Shown here: positions 20,217 to 28,834 of the stretch, piece after piece
Layout: each line of letters starts with the position of its first letter
Numbering within the stretch: position 1 is the first letter of the stretch
From: an uncultured Fibrobacterota bacterium
Lineage (GTDB): Bacteria; Fibrobacterota; Chitinivibrionia; Chitinivibrionales; FEN-1185
Length of the DNA: 64,000 bases
NCBI GenBank assembly: GCA_963753345.1
Contig: CAVWBU010000040.1
Span: forward strand, 29,117 to 93,116
Reading direction: 5' to 3'
Notes under the pieces: model-generated
What the model was told of the DNA's origin: nothing
Database searches by the model: none
The model's input: only the letters and a program-made list of their open reading frames with translations
Made by a program: the position numbers and the translations under genes

Positions 20217-22660
20217 GCCTTTTCTCCTTTGTCCGGAATGGTGAAGTAAAAAGTCGATCCCTCACCGGGAGCGGATTCGACCCATATTTTTCCTCCATGG
20301 CGCTCCACGATTTTCTTGCACACGCTGAGGCCGATGCCGGTGCCTTTGTACTGCGTGCGCGTATGGAGGCGCTGGAATATCATAAATATACGTTCGAAGT
20401 ATTGCGGTTCGATGCCGATTCCATTGTCGCGCACGTGCATTTCCCACGCGCGTTCCTTCCGCTGCGCGCCGATATGTACCTTGGGAGGCCGCGAGCCGTG
20501 GAACTTGATTGCGTTGGCCACGAGGTTCTGAAACAGTTGCGCCATCTGCAATGGGTCGGCATTCACAACAGGAAGCGGATCGCTCTCGACCACGGCGTTG
20601 CTTTCCGCAACAAGCGCCTTAAGGTTCGCAAGCGCCCCATCGAGGGCGTCCTGAAGGTTTACCGACGCGAATTCTCCTCCCCGGGTGCCCACCCGGGAAA
20701 AGGTAAGAAGGCCTTCAATGAGGCTTTGCATCCGTTCCGCGCCGTCCACAGAAAAATCGATGTATTCACGGGCCTGGTCGTCCAATTTGTCGTAGTATTG
20801 GTTCTTAAGCAGGCCCATAAAGCCGCCCACGGCCCGCAGAGGTTCCTGGAGGTCGTGCGAAGCAACGTAGGCGAACTGTTCGAGGTCTTTGTTGCTGCGC
20901 GAAAGGTCCTGTGCCGCGAGGCGGAGGCCTTCCTCGGCCTGCTCGACGGCGTGGCGTGCCTCAATGGCGTCTTTGAGCAGGTTGAGCGCGGCCCGGCGCG
21001 ATCCCCGCAGGTCTTTGTTTGCAGCCTCCAATTCGACGGTGCGCGCCGCGACCAGCTCCTCCAGTCGCCGTTGGTGCGCCGCAAGTTCCTCCTCGGCCCG
21101 TTTGCGCGCCGTCACATCGCGCGCAGCAGCAAAAACCCCCAGTACATTGCCGCCTTCGTCTTTGTAAACTGCGGCGTTGTAGAGGACGTCCGTTAGTGTT
21201 CGATCCTTGTGGCGGATGGTAAGGGGATAATCCTGTACCGTGCCTTTTTCGAACACAAGACGGTAGCCGTGACGCGCCTTTTCTGGTTCCGTAAAGTAAA
21301 TGGAGAAATCGGTGCCAATGAGGCTCTCCTTGGGGAGGCCCGTTGCCCTGATGGTGGCCTCGTTGACATCGGTGATTTTTCCTTCAGCCGAGATCGTTAC
21401 CAGGGGATCGAGAGACGTTTCAAGAAGGTTCCGCGAGTACTGGGCGATTTGTTTCTGAGCCATTGCATCGAGGAGCGCGGCCTCGATCTTCTTGCGCTCG
21501 GTAATGTCCTGGTTGGTGGAAAGAATAAACCCGCGCCCGTTTATCTCAACCGGGTCCATGCTGACGAGTACGTTGCGCAGCATGCCGGACGTGGTGCGGA
21601 ATATCATTTCCACGTTGCGTACGTAGCCGTTCTTCTGAAATTCCTTGAGAACGATTTCCCGCTGCCGGGCTTCGGGCATCAGTTCCAATGCCACGGAAGT
21701 TTTGCCGATAACCTCGTCCTTGCGCGCGAAGCCTGTCATGTCGAGCCACGCCTGGTTCACGTCGTACAGCGTTCCACCGGGTATGGACGCCAACGACATG
21801 CCGATGGGCGCCGCACGGAACATGGTCGAAAACTTCGCTTCGCTCTCCCGCAGCGCCCCTTCGGCCCGCTTGCTTTCGCTGATATCGTTAAAAACGATTG
21901 CGACGTGACGGTCTTCCGGCCTGCCGATGCGATAGGCATATACCTCGAACCAGCGGTCCAATGCCTTGGCTTCATTGACAAAACGCGCCGGCTCGCCCGT
22001 GAGCGCGACGTTCCCGTAAATCTCAAACCAATACGCCTCATGGGCCGGGGCAAGCTCGCGCATAAGCTTTCCCTCGGCGTCGTGCAGCCCGGTCTGCTTT
22101 TCAAAGGCTACGTTGATTTCAAGGAAACGGTAATCGGCGGGCCTGCCCTCTTTGTCAAATATCATCTCGATGATACAGAACCCTTCTTCCATCGTGCTGA
22201 ACAGATTGTGATACCGTTCCTCGCTGATGCGCAGCGATTCTTCCGTCTTCTTGCGCTCGGTGATGTCGGTATACATGGCGAGATTGCCGGTATGTTCGCC
22301 GGAGCGGTCGAAAATGGGTGCGTAGCTGCCGATGGCCCAGAGGCGGGAGCCGTCTTTGCGAAGGAAGCAAACTTCAATTTGAATATTGTTCTTCTTTGTA
22401 AGTTCCTCTCGTGCGGCAATCACCTTTTCTTTCTGGTCCTCGGGCATGAAATCCAGGCCTATTTTGCCGACCAGTTCGTCGATGGAATAACCGAGCATGT
22501 CCGACATCTTCTTGTTTGCAAACGTAATTCTTCCGTCCAGCCCGCCCATCATGATGCCTTCGTTTGCCGTTTCGATGATGCGGCGGTATCCTTCTTCGCT
22601 TTGCCGCAGAGCCTCCCCACTCGAAACCTGCCCTTTGCTGGAATTGATTTCGGCAATCAT
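20213..22660 (-). CDS. Multi-PAS histidine kinase (Cph1-like kinase core)
   Basis: Four PAS/PAC units (DITERK, DISESK, DVTARK); SNKDLEQFAYVASHDLQEPLR; NAIKF; DNGIG; GTGIGL. Confidence 0.93.
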   Translation of the reverse strand: MIAEINSSKGQVSSGEALRQSEEGYRRIIETANEGIMMGGLDGRITFANKKMSDMLGYSIDELVGKIGLDFMPEDQKEKVIAAREELTKKNNIQIEVCFLRKDGSRLWAIGSYAPIFDRSGEHTGNLAMYTDITERKKTEESLRISEERYHNLFSTMEEGFCIIEMIFDKEGRPADYRFLEINVAFEKQTGLHDAEGKLMRELAPAHEAYWFEIYGNVALTGEPARFVNEAKALDRWFEVYAYRIGRPEDRHVAIVFNDISESKRAEGALRESEAKFSTMFRAAPIGMSLASIPGGTLYDVNQAWLDMTGFARKDEVIGKTSVALELMPEARQREIVLKEFQKNGYVRNVEMIFRTTSGMLRNVLVSMDPVEINGRGFILSTNQDITERKKIEAALLDAMAQKQIAQYSRNLLETSLDPLVTISAEGKITDVNEATIRATGLPKESLIGTDFSIYFTEPEKARHGYRLVFEKGTVQDYPLTIRHKDRTLTDVLYNAAVYKDEGGNVLGVFAAARDVTARKRAEEELAAHQRRLEELVAARTVELEAANKDLRGSRRAALNLLKDAIEARHAVEQAEEGLRLAAQDLSRSNKDLEQFAYVASHDLQEPLRAVGGFMGLLKNQYYDKLDDQAREYIDFSVDGAERMQSLIEGLLTFSRVGTRGGEFASVNLQDALDGALANLKALVAESNAVVESDPLPVVNADPLQMAQLFQNLVANAIKFHGSRPPKVHIGAQRKERAWEMHVRDNGIGIEPQYFERIFMIFQRLHTRTQYKGTGIGLSVCKKIVERHGGKIWVESAPGEGSTFYFTIPDKGEKA

Positions 22661-24023
22661 TGTTGTTCCTCCCCGAAATCAACATCATACGCCGGCGGCC
22701 GGCCCAGTTGTTTGCATAAATCGTTGATCTGCTTTTTCAGTTCGATCATGCGCTCTTCGCGGTCCGCCATGGTGCGGTTGAAGAATGTAAGCTCCTCATT
22801 GCCGGCCTTGAGCTCTTCGGTGCGCAGCCGCAGTTCTTCTTCCCCATGTTTGCGGATTTCTATTTCCCTGTTGAGCTCGTCGCGCGAGGCGAGCGTGGTT
22901 TTCAAATCGTTCGTCATTTTGTCAAACGACCGCGACAGGCTGCCCACCTCGTCCTTCAGATTCAACCCGACTTTGTGATCCAGGTTGCCGCTGCCGATGA
23001 TTGCCGCGCCCTTCACCAGCGCATTGATCGGTCCTGAAATGGATTGGGCGATTGAAAACGACATTATGCCGGTGAGAACAAAGACAATGATGAGGATGAT
23101 GAGCACCAAATTTCTCAAACTTGTTACGTCGGCATACGCCTCGGCCGCGTCTATTTTCGCAACCAGTCCCCACTGCATCGAGGGAATATACCGCCACGCC
23201 GCGATCACCTGTTGGCCCCGGTAATCGATTGCCGGGCCATCCCGGTCTTGCCCTCAACGGCCTGTTGAATAGGAAAGGAGGTCATATCTCCTATGGTTGC
23301 TTTTCTTGACAAGGCAGCTTTGGGATCGTGCCTGAGAGGGTTCAGAAATTCAACCTGGTTGCCGATTTTCCTTCCCACCAGGACCTCTCCTGTTTTGCCG
23401 AGGCCGGTAACGTCCTGGATAATTCTGTAAATGGGCGTCATGTCGACTTCAAAAACGATGACTCCTCTAAAAACGCCGTCGAAATCGGTTGCCGGAGCGG
23501 CTATCAGCATCTCGAACCTTTTGTCTTCCGTACTGTCAAAGTAGATTTCGGAAAAGTAAACTCCCTTTTCCCCCTGCTCGAAAGCGTTCTGTTCCACGTC
23601 GAGCCCTTTGGTAAGATCCTTCGAATTATGACCTGGCCTGTTCGCGTAAACGACCTTGCCGTTTGGAAGGACCAGCATGATGTCGGCCATGTTCGAAACC
23701 GCCTGCATATGCTCCAGTTGAACGCCAAGCGCTTTTTTGTAGGCGACAAACTCCGGATCGTTTTCCCCGCCTGCGGCCCGGTTGAGCACGGAAAAGTTCT
23801 TCTTGATAATGTAGAAGCCCTGGGCTATCTCCATGTCCGCTTTGAGTCCGGCAAAGTATTCGTCTATTCTGTCGGCCCTGAACACGGTGAGGTCATTCAA
23901 CTGCGCAAGGCGGTTGTCCTCAAGCGACTTCTTGAAGTTGGTGTAGGTGAGCTCGCTTACCAACAGGAAGGGAATGGTGACAATCGCCAGTAATATGATG
24001 GTGAGCCGTGACCTTATAGGCAT
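22657..24023 (-). CDS. Membrane dCache-HAMP sensor lacking a kinase domain; single frameshift near 23232
   Basis: ORFs 23205-24023 and 22657-23208 join as ...ARAIDYRGQQVIAAWRYIPSMQWGLVAKID if one base is added; TM-Cache-TM-HAMP (DEVGSLSRSFDKM)-coiled coil. Confidence 0.85.
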
Positions 24024-24641
24024 AGCAACCCCGTTCCCAATGCCGCGAACAGCAGCGCCGTGTGCAGCGCCATGGCCGAGTTACAACCTGGAATAAAATA
24101 ATAGAGCAGCGGCACGCCGAAAACGTATCCGATAACGGCCAGCAGGCCTGTCCCGCCCACAATCACTCCTGTGGCCGTCGGCTTGGGCGGCGCCTTGGCC
24201 GGATTAATGATGACAACAATGCCTGCCATGGCAATCAGCAGGAAATCGATTATGGTGGGAATGGACGGTATTCCCGGAACCACGCTCCTTGCGTCGCCGG
24301 GGTCCTTTACAAACAGGCTCTCGATCCCGCTTTCGATGCCGAATACGGCGGAGAAAAAGAGCAGGCCCATGAGAAGGGCAAGGGTAAATGAGGTGATGGA
24401 AAGCGCCACCTGCGCCTTTTCAAACTCGCCCTCGCTCGCTCTTGCCAGAAAGTAAAGAGAGATTCCGCTTATCACAAACGCAAATGCGGTGGAGAATTTC
24501 ATGGTGACAAAGGCCGGACCGATGCTCTTGATGAGCACGATGTCGAACAGCCAGCCCGCCATTACTGCGAGTCCCGCGGCGGTGACGACGAGACGACAGA
24601 ACCTTGACGAAAGTATGGTTGGTTTGGTTTGGCATAGTCAT
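24014..24641 (-). CDS. Stand-alone multi-TM sensor-like membrane protein; probable frameshift near 24593
   Basis: GW.FDI..IKS..P...TMK.STA and MALHTA motifs of kinase N-terminal membrane domains; an upstream MPNQ...KVLS frame joins LVVTAAGLAVMAGW after a 1-nt shift. Confidence 0.65.
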
Positions 24642-24653
24642 TCCAAGAACAAA

Positions 24654-24769
24654 GTCATTGGTCATTGGTCATCAGAAAGAGGTCATTGGAAAAAAGTCAT
24701 TGGGGAAAAGGTTAAGAATATCATTTCTGCATCCTGGTTTCTAATGACAAATGACTAATGACCATTTTT
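24654..24769. repeat. Heptamer arrays (GTCATTR)n ... (NAATGAC)n in inverted orientation
   Basis: GTCATTG-type units 24654-24703; TAATGAC AAATGAC TAATGAC at 24742-24762. Confidence 0.85.
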
Positions 24770-24771
24770 TA

Positions 24772-25194
24772 TTATTCCGCATCTCCCGCCTCCGGGGATG
24801 GATTCGAGTTCCATTGGGGGCCGCTTTCCGCAACGCCCTGATAGTCGTTCCCGATGGATTTGATATACGCATTGAGCATCCGGCCGAGACGATTGAGATC
24901 CTGCTCGAACTTCCGGTGGTCTTCCCCGGAAATCAACTTTCGTTGTTCGGCCTTAAGGAGCCAAGTCTTGGTTTCGAACAGAGATCCTCTGCCGTAGTAG
25001 CCGAAGTGCCTGTTCTCCTTGTAATGGAACCTGCCGAACCCCTCGCTGATGTTCGCGGCAATCGAATCCGCCGCCCTTACAAGCTGCTTCCCTACCGTGT
25101 CTTTTGCAAAGGAATCCCAGCGTGCGACCTCGGTCCAAACGCGTTCCCCGATGTCTATGGCGATCCGGTAGACTTCAAGTTCGTCTAAGGTCAT
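24772..25194 (-). CDS. Four-helix-bundle protein (23S rRNA IVS / bAvd-like family)
   Basis: LEVYR, QLVRAADSIAANISEGFGR, GRGSLFETKTWL, MLNAYIKS. Confidence 0.9.
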   Translation of the reverse strand: MTLDELEVYRIAIDIGERVWTEVARWDSFAKDTVGKQLVRAADSIAANISEGFGRFHYKENRHFGYYGRGSLFETKTWLLKAEQRKLISGEDHRKFEQDLNRLGRMLNAYIKSIGNDYQGVAESGPQWNSNPSPEAGDAE

Positions 25195-25221
25195 GTTGAG
25201 TTCCGCAGGAAGAAGACGTTG

Positions 25222-25340
25222 GTCATTAGTCATTAGTCATTAGTCCCAGTCAACAGCCACCACTCAAGAGACATTTTCCAACAAGCGATCAATATTTTCG
25301 AATGACCGATGACTGATGACAAATGACCAATGACCATTTT
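25222..25340. repeat. Heptamer arrays (GTCATTA)3 ... (NRATGAC)5 in inverted orientation
   Basis: GTCATTA x3 at 25222-25242; five NRATGAC units at 25300-25334. Confidence 0.85.
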
Positions 25341-25342
25341 CT

Positions 25343-28054
25343 CTATTCCTCCACCTTATACATCGGTTCCATCCCCGCCTTCCCGCACAACTCGTTCACC
25401 TGTTTCTTGAGCTCGACCATGCGGAGCTCGCGGTCCACTGCGACACGGTTGAAACGCGACAATTCCTCGTTGGAAACGCGCAGTTCCTCCAAGTGCCGAG
25501 CAATCTCTTCTTCCGCCTTCTTTCGGTCGGTGATATCGCGCAAGATGACCACCGAGGCAACTTCTCCGTCTATTGTGTAAGCTGACACGCGCACGTCCAT
25601 ATCGAACGCCGTTCCGTCTTTCCGAAGGCCGCGGGTTTCGTAACCTGAAGGGGCGGAATCGCCCCGTGCGCGCAGGTGGACGTTCTCCGCAATTACCGGC
25701 CGCTGGGAAGGCGCGATAAGGTCGGTGATCGATTTCCCGATAAGTCCATCGTTGTCTGAGTAGCCGAAAAGCGCAAGGTATGCGGGATTTGCCGCTATAT
25801 GTATTCCGGCTTTCGATACACCTATGGCATCGACAGATGTCTCGAAGATGGCCCGAAGCTTGGCCTCGCTTTCCCGCAGCGCCTCGTCGGCCCGCTTACG
25901 TTCGGTGATGTCCGTATGAACCCACAGCCTGCCGAATATTTCTTCACCGATGCGAATAGTCGTGAAATCGCGCAGCATAACCCGTTCCCCACGCATCACG
26001 ACTTCTTCGGATTTTACGGGCAGGCCCGCACCGACTATTTCGCCTATGCGGGCCACGGCCGCGTCGGGCTCTTTGTACGACGGCCGGATCTTGTCGATTA
26101 TTTCGGCCGCCGACAACCCGGCCAGGCTGTCGGGAGAATCTTTGAGTCCGAAAATATCGCAGAATGCCTGGTTGGCAAATTCCACACGGTCTTGGTTGGT
26201 AACGAGCAGGATGCCGAAATTCATGTTCGAAAGGATCAGGTAGAACCTCATCAGGGTTGTTTGCAGCTTCTCTTCCAACTGCTTACGCTCGGTAATGTCG
26301 TGGGCCACTACCGTCGCGCCAGCTACGGCGCCGTCTTTCCAGTGGAACGTGGTGTTCACGAGCGCCCACACGAGGCGCCCGGCCTTTGTCCGCACCCGGA
26401 ATTCGGTTGATCCCTCGGGCCGCTCGCCTGCCCGCGCCCTGCGGACCCGGGACTCAAAAACGGCCTTTCCTTCGTCGTCAAGGATGTCCTGGGCGGACAT
26501 GGCGAGCAGCTCGTCGCGCGTGTAGCCGAGGACCCGGCACATCACGTCGTTGACTTCCGTGAAACGCCCGGTGGCGAAATCAACGTCATAGATGCCCGCG
26601 GGCGCGTACTGGATCAGGTGACGGTACCGTTCTTCGCTTTGGCGCAAGGCCTCTTCCAACACCATGTGCTCGCTGATGTCCTGTACCGCCACCGCGCACC
26701 CCGCCACCTCGCCGGCCGCGTCCAGGATGGGCGCGGCGCTGTTGTGAACGACGCGTTGCACGCCGTCAAAGCCTGTGATCCGGATGATCTGGCCGACAAC
26801 GGATTCTCCGGTGCGCAACGCCCGGGAAGACGCCCATTCATCGGGCACTATGGTTTTCCCCGTGTCAGCCCATTCCGCCTTGTCTTGAATGTAATCGCCG
26901 ATACTTTTTGCAGCCGGCTTTGGGTTGCCCCAGATGGTATCGAACGCCCGATTTGCAAGGACGGTCCCGCCTTGCGTGTCGAGCACCGCAACGCCCACGG
27001 GAAGGGTCTGCATCACCGCTTCAAGCCGGTTTCTATATTCCACAACCTCGTTCAATTTGTGTTGGGCAAGCTCGTGCGCCGCCTGCGTCGCCCATTCGGC
27101 CTGTTTCTTTTCCGAAATATCGCGGACGGTAAGGACCACATATTCGATTTTCCCTGCATTGTCGAAGACCGGGGCACCGCTGAAGCTTCCATACCATCGC
27201 CGCTTGGTGGGACGGACGTAAACGGAAAACTCCTCGCCCGAAAATGTTTCACCTGCGCAGACCCGGTTCATCGGCAGTTGCCCGATCGAAAGTTCTTTGC
27301 CGTCCGGGCCGGTCAGGTCCATCGTCTTGGCCTCTGCGGACATCACCCGCAGCATGTCGTCTCTCGATCCGAACCCGAACATGGCAAGCGCGGCATTGTT
27401 CATTTCCGTTATTCTTCCCCGCGCGTCGGCTATCACAAGCCCGTCGTGCGTGACAAGGGCGTCGATGAGTTTGCCGGAGCTGCGAAGCGCATCCTGGGCT
27501 TTCTTCCGGCCGGTAATGTCGAGAAGGGCCACCATGCACCGGTCGCCGGAACCGTCGCTACCGCGCACCACCGTGCTTTCGACCTGACACCTGATGGCGG
27601 GACCGTCGCCGTAGCAGCAATCGAGCTCGCATGACTGCTTTTCGTCGCCGACAAACATCCGCCGGCGGAACCTGAACCAGTCCTCCTGGCTTTCGCGGGA
27701 TACCATGCCGGAAAATTGTGTGCGGCCATCCTTGATTTTTGAGCGGTTGAGGCCGAACATTTTCACGGCGGTCAGGTTCGCCTCGGTTATCCGGGTTTCG
27801 CCGTCCAGGGTGAGATACCCCACCGGCGCAAAATCGTACAGCTCCGCAAAACGGTCGCGGGACTCCACGAGTTCGAGCTGCGCCCTCCTAAGGTCCTCGT
27901 TTTGCATTTCCAGCTCGGTCTCGTACACTTGCAGCTCGTGAAGGAGTTTCTGCACGTCGGCCGTCTTTAACGGGGGCGCGGAAGCCGGGTTTTCCCTTAG
28001 TATCGCTTCGGCGTCCTTGCGGAGCTGGGCGATGGAGCGGACTGGAGAATTCAT
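25343..28054 (-). CDS. Multi-PAS sensor protein with no output domain
   Basis: N-terminal LLHELQVYETELEMQNEDL helix; about six PAS/PAC units; ends in a coiled coil without HisKA; the ORF-track extension to 28165 lies in a repeat. Confidence 0.88.
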   Translation of the reverse strand: MNSPVRSIAQLRKDAEAILRENPASAPPLKTADVQKLLHELQVYETELEMQNEDLRRAQLELVESRDRFAELYDFAPVGYLTLDGETRITEANLTAVKMFGLNRSKIKDGRTQFSGMVSRESQEDWFRFRRRMFVGDEKQSCELDCCYGDGPAIRCQVESTVVRGSDGSGDRCMVALLDITGRKKAQDALRSSGKLIDALVTHDGLVIADARGRITEMNNAALAMFGFGSRDDMLRVMSAEAKTMDLTGPDGKELSIGQLPMNRVCAGETFSGEEFSVYVRPTKRRWYGSFSGAPVFDNAGKIEYVVLTVRDISEKKQAEWATQAAHELAQHKLNEVVEYRNRLEAVMQTLPVGVAVLDTQGGTVLANRAFDTIWGNPKPAAKSIGDYIQDKAEWADTGKTIVPDEWASSRALRTGESVVGQIIRITGFDGVQRVVHNSAAPILDAAGEVAGCAVAVQDISEHMVLEEALRQSEERYRHLIQYAPAGIYDVDFATGRFTEVNDVMCRVLGYTRDELLAMSAQDILDDEGKAVFESRVRRARAGERPEGSTEFRVRTKAGRLVWALVNTTFHWKDGAVAGATVVAHDITERKQLEEKLQTTLMRFYLILSNMNFGILLVTNQDRVEFANQAFCDIFGLKDSPDSLAGLSAAEIIDKIRPSYKEPDAAVARIGEIVGAGLPVKSEEVVMRGERVMLRDFTTIRIGEEIFGRLWVHTDITERKRADEALRESEAKLRAIFETSVDAIGVSKAGIHIAANPAYLALFGYSDNDGLIGKSITDLIAPSQRPVIAENVHLRARGDSAPSGYETRGLRKDGTAFDMDVRVSAYTIDGEVASVVILRDITDRKKAEEEIARHLEELRVSNEELSRFNRVAVDRELRMVELKKQVNELCGKAGMEPMYKVEE

Positions 28055-28103
28055 GGCTGACTTCCTTGTAATGAAATTGAACTCTGATTTGACTAGACCT
28101 TCG

Positions 28104-28204
28104 TAACCTCTCCCCCGGCCCCTCTCCTGCCAGAGAGGGGAAAATGCAACCTGTCGCCTTTTCAAAGTCCCTCTCTGATAGGAGAGGGATTTAGGGAGAG
28201 GTTA
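28104..28204. repeat. 101-bp palindromic REP-like element
   Basis: TAACCTCTCCC...GGGAGAGGTTA terminal inverted repeat with two internal CCCTCTC/GAGAGGG hairpins. Confidence 0.9.
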
Positions 28205-28612
28205 TCCTATGTCCATTCCAATCCTAATCTTCACGTTTTCCTCTATTTGCTTCACAACGTTATCAACGGAATTTAACACCTCGTCATTCCAGAACCGCAT
28301 TTCATCCAAACCTCTCAAAGCAAACACATTCCGCCGATGTTCGTCAATCAGTTTCTGTTCTTCTGAGACATGAACTTCTCCATCGACCTCCACCACTAAC
28401 TTGGCCTGATGACAAAAAAAGTCTACGATGAACCCTTCTATAATTTGTTGCCTTCTGAATTTAAGACCTAAAATCTGTTTCCGTCTCACCTGTTCCCAAA
28501 GTTTTGTTTCCGCCTCCGTCATTTTCTGACGCAGGTGTCTTGCCTGCCGAAGCTTGTACTTGTCAACGCGTTGAAGGAGGATTACTCCGCTGCTTGATTC
28601 GGATTTTCTCAT
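28202..28612 (-). CDS. DUF559 (Vsr-like PD-(D/E)XK) endonuclease
   Basis: ARHLRQKMTEAETKLW, KFRRQQII, FIVDFFC, VEVDGEVH, RFWNDEV. Confidence 0.92.
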   Translation of the reverse strand: MRKSESSSGVILLQRVDKYKLRQARHLRQKMTEAETKLWEQVRRKQILGLKFRRQQIIEGFIVDFFCHQAKLVVEVDGEVHVSEEQKLIDEHRRNVFALRGLDEMRFWNDEVLNSVDNVVKQIEENVKIRIGMDIG

Positions 28613-28623
28613 AGTAAGATTTG

Positions 28624-28834
28624 TAACCTCTCCCCCGGCCCCTCTCCTACCAGAGAGGGGGAAATGCAACCTGTCGCTTTTTCAAAGTCCCTCTCTGATA
28701 GGAAAGATGATTCTTGTAATTTTTGTTCCAACCTCTCCCCCGGCCTTTTCATCCTACCAAAGAGGGGAGAAAGACATTTCGGCTGACTTCTTCAAAGTCC
28801 CTCTCTGGTAGGAGAGGGATTTAGGGAGAGGTTG
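28624..28834. repeat. Two further copies of the REP-like element (truncated 28624-28703; full 28729-28834)
   Basis: Near-identical to 28104-28204, including TTCAAAGTCCCTCTCTG.TAGGAGAGGGATTTAGGGAGAGGTT. Confidence 0.9.

Noticed and set aside
24772-25194. Diversity-generating retroelement suggested by the Avd-like protein
   Set aside because: No reverse transcriptase and no TR/VR pair with adenine-specific mismatches seen in the window
28055-28165. N-terminal extensions of the PAS gene (to 28165) and the DUF559 gene (to 28669)
   Set aside because: They translate the palindromic repeat; downstream ATGs fit better
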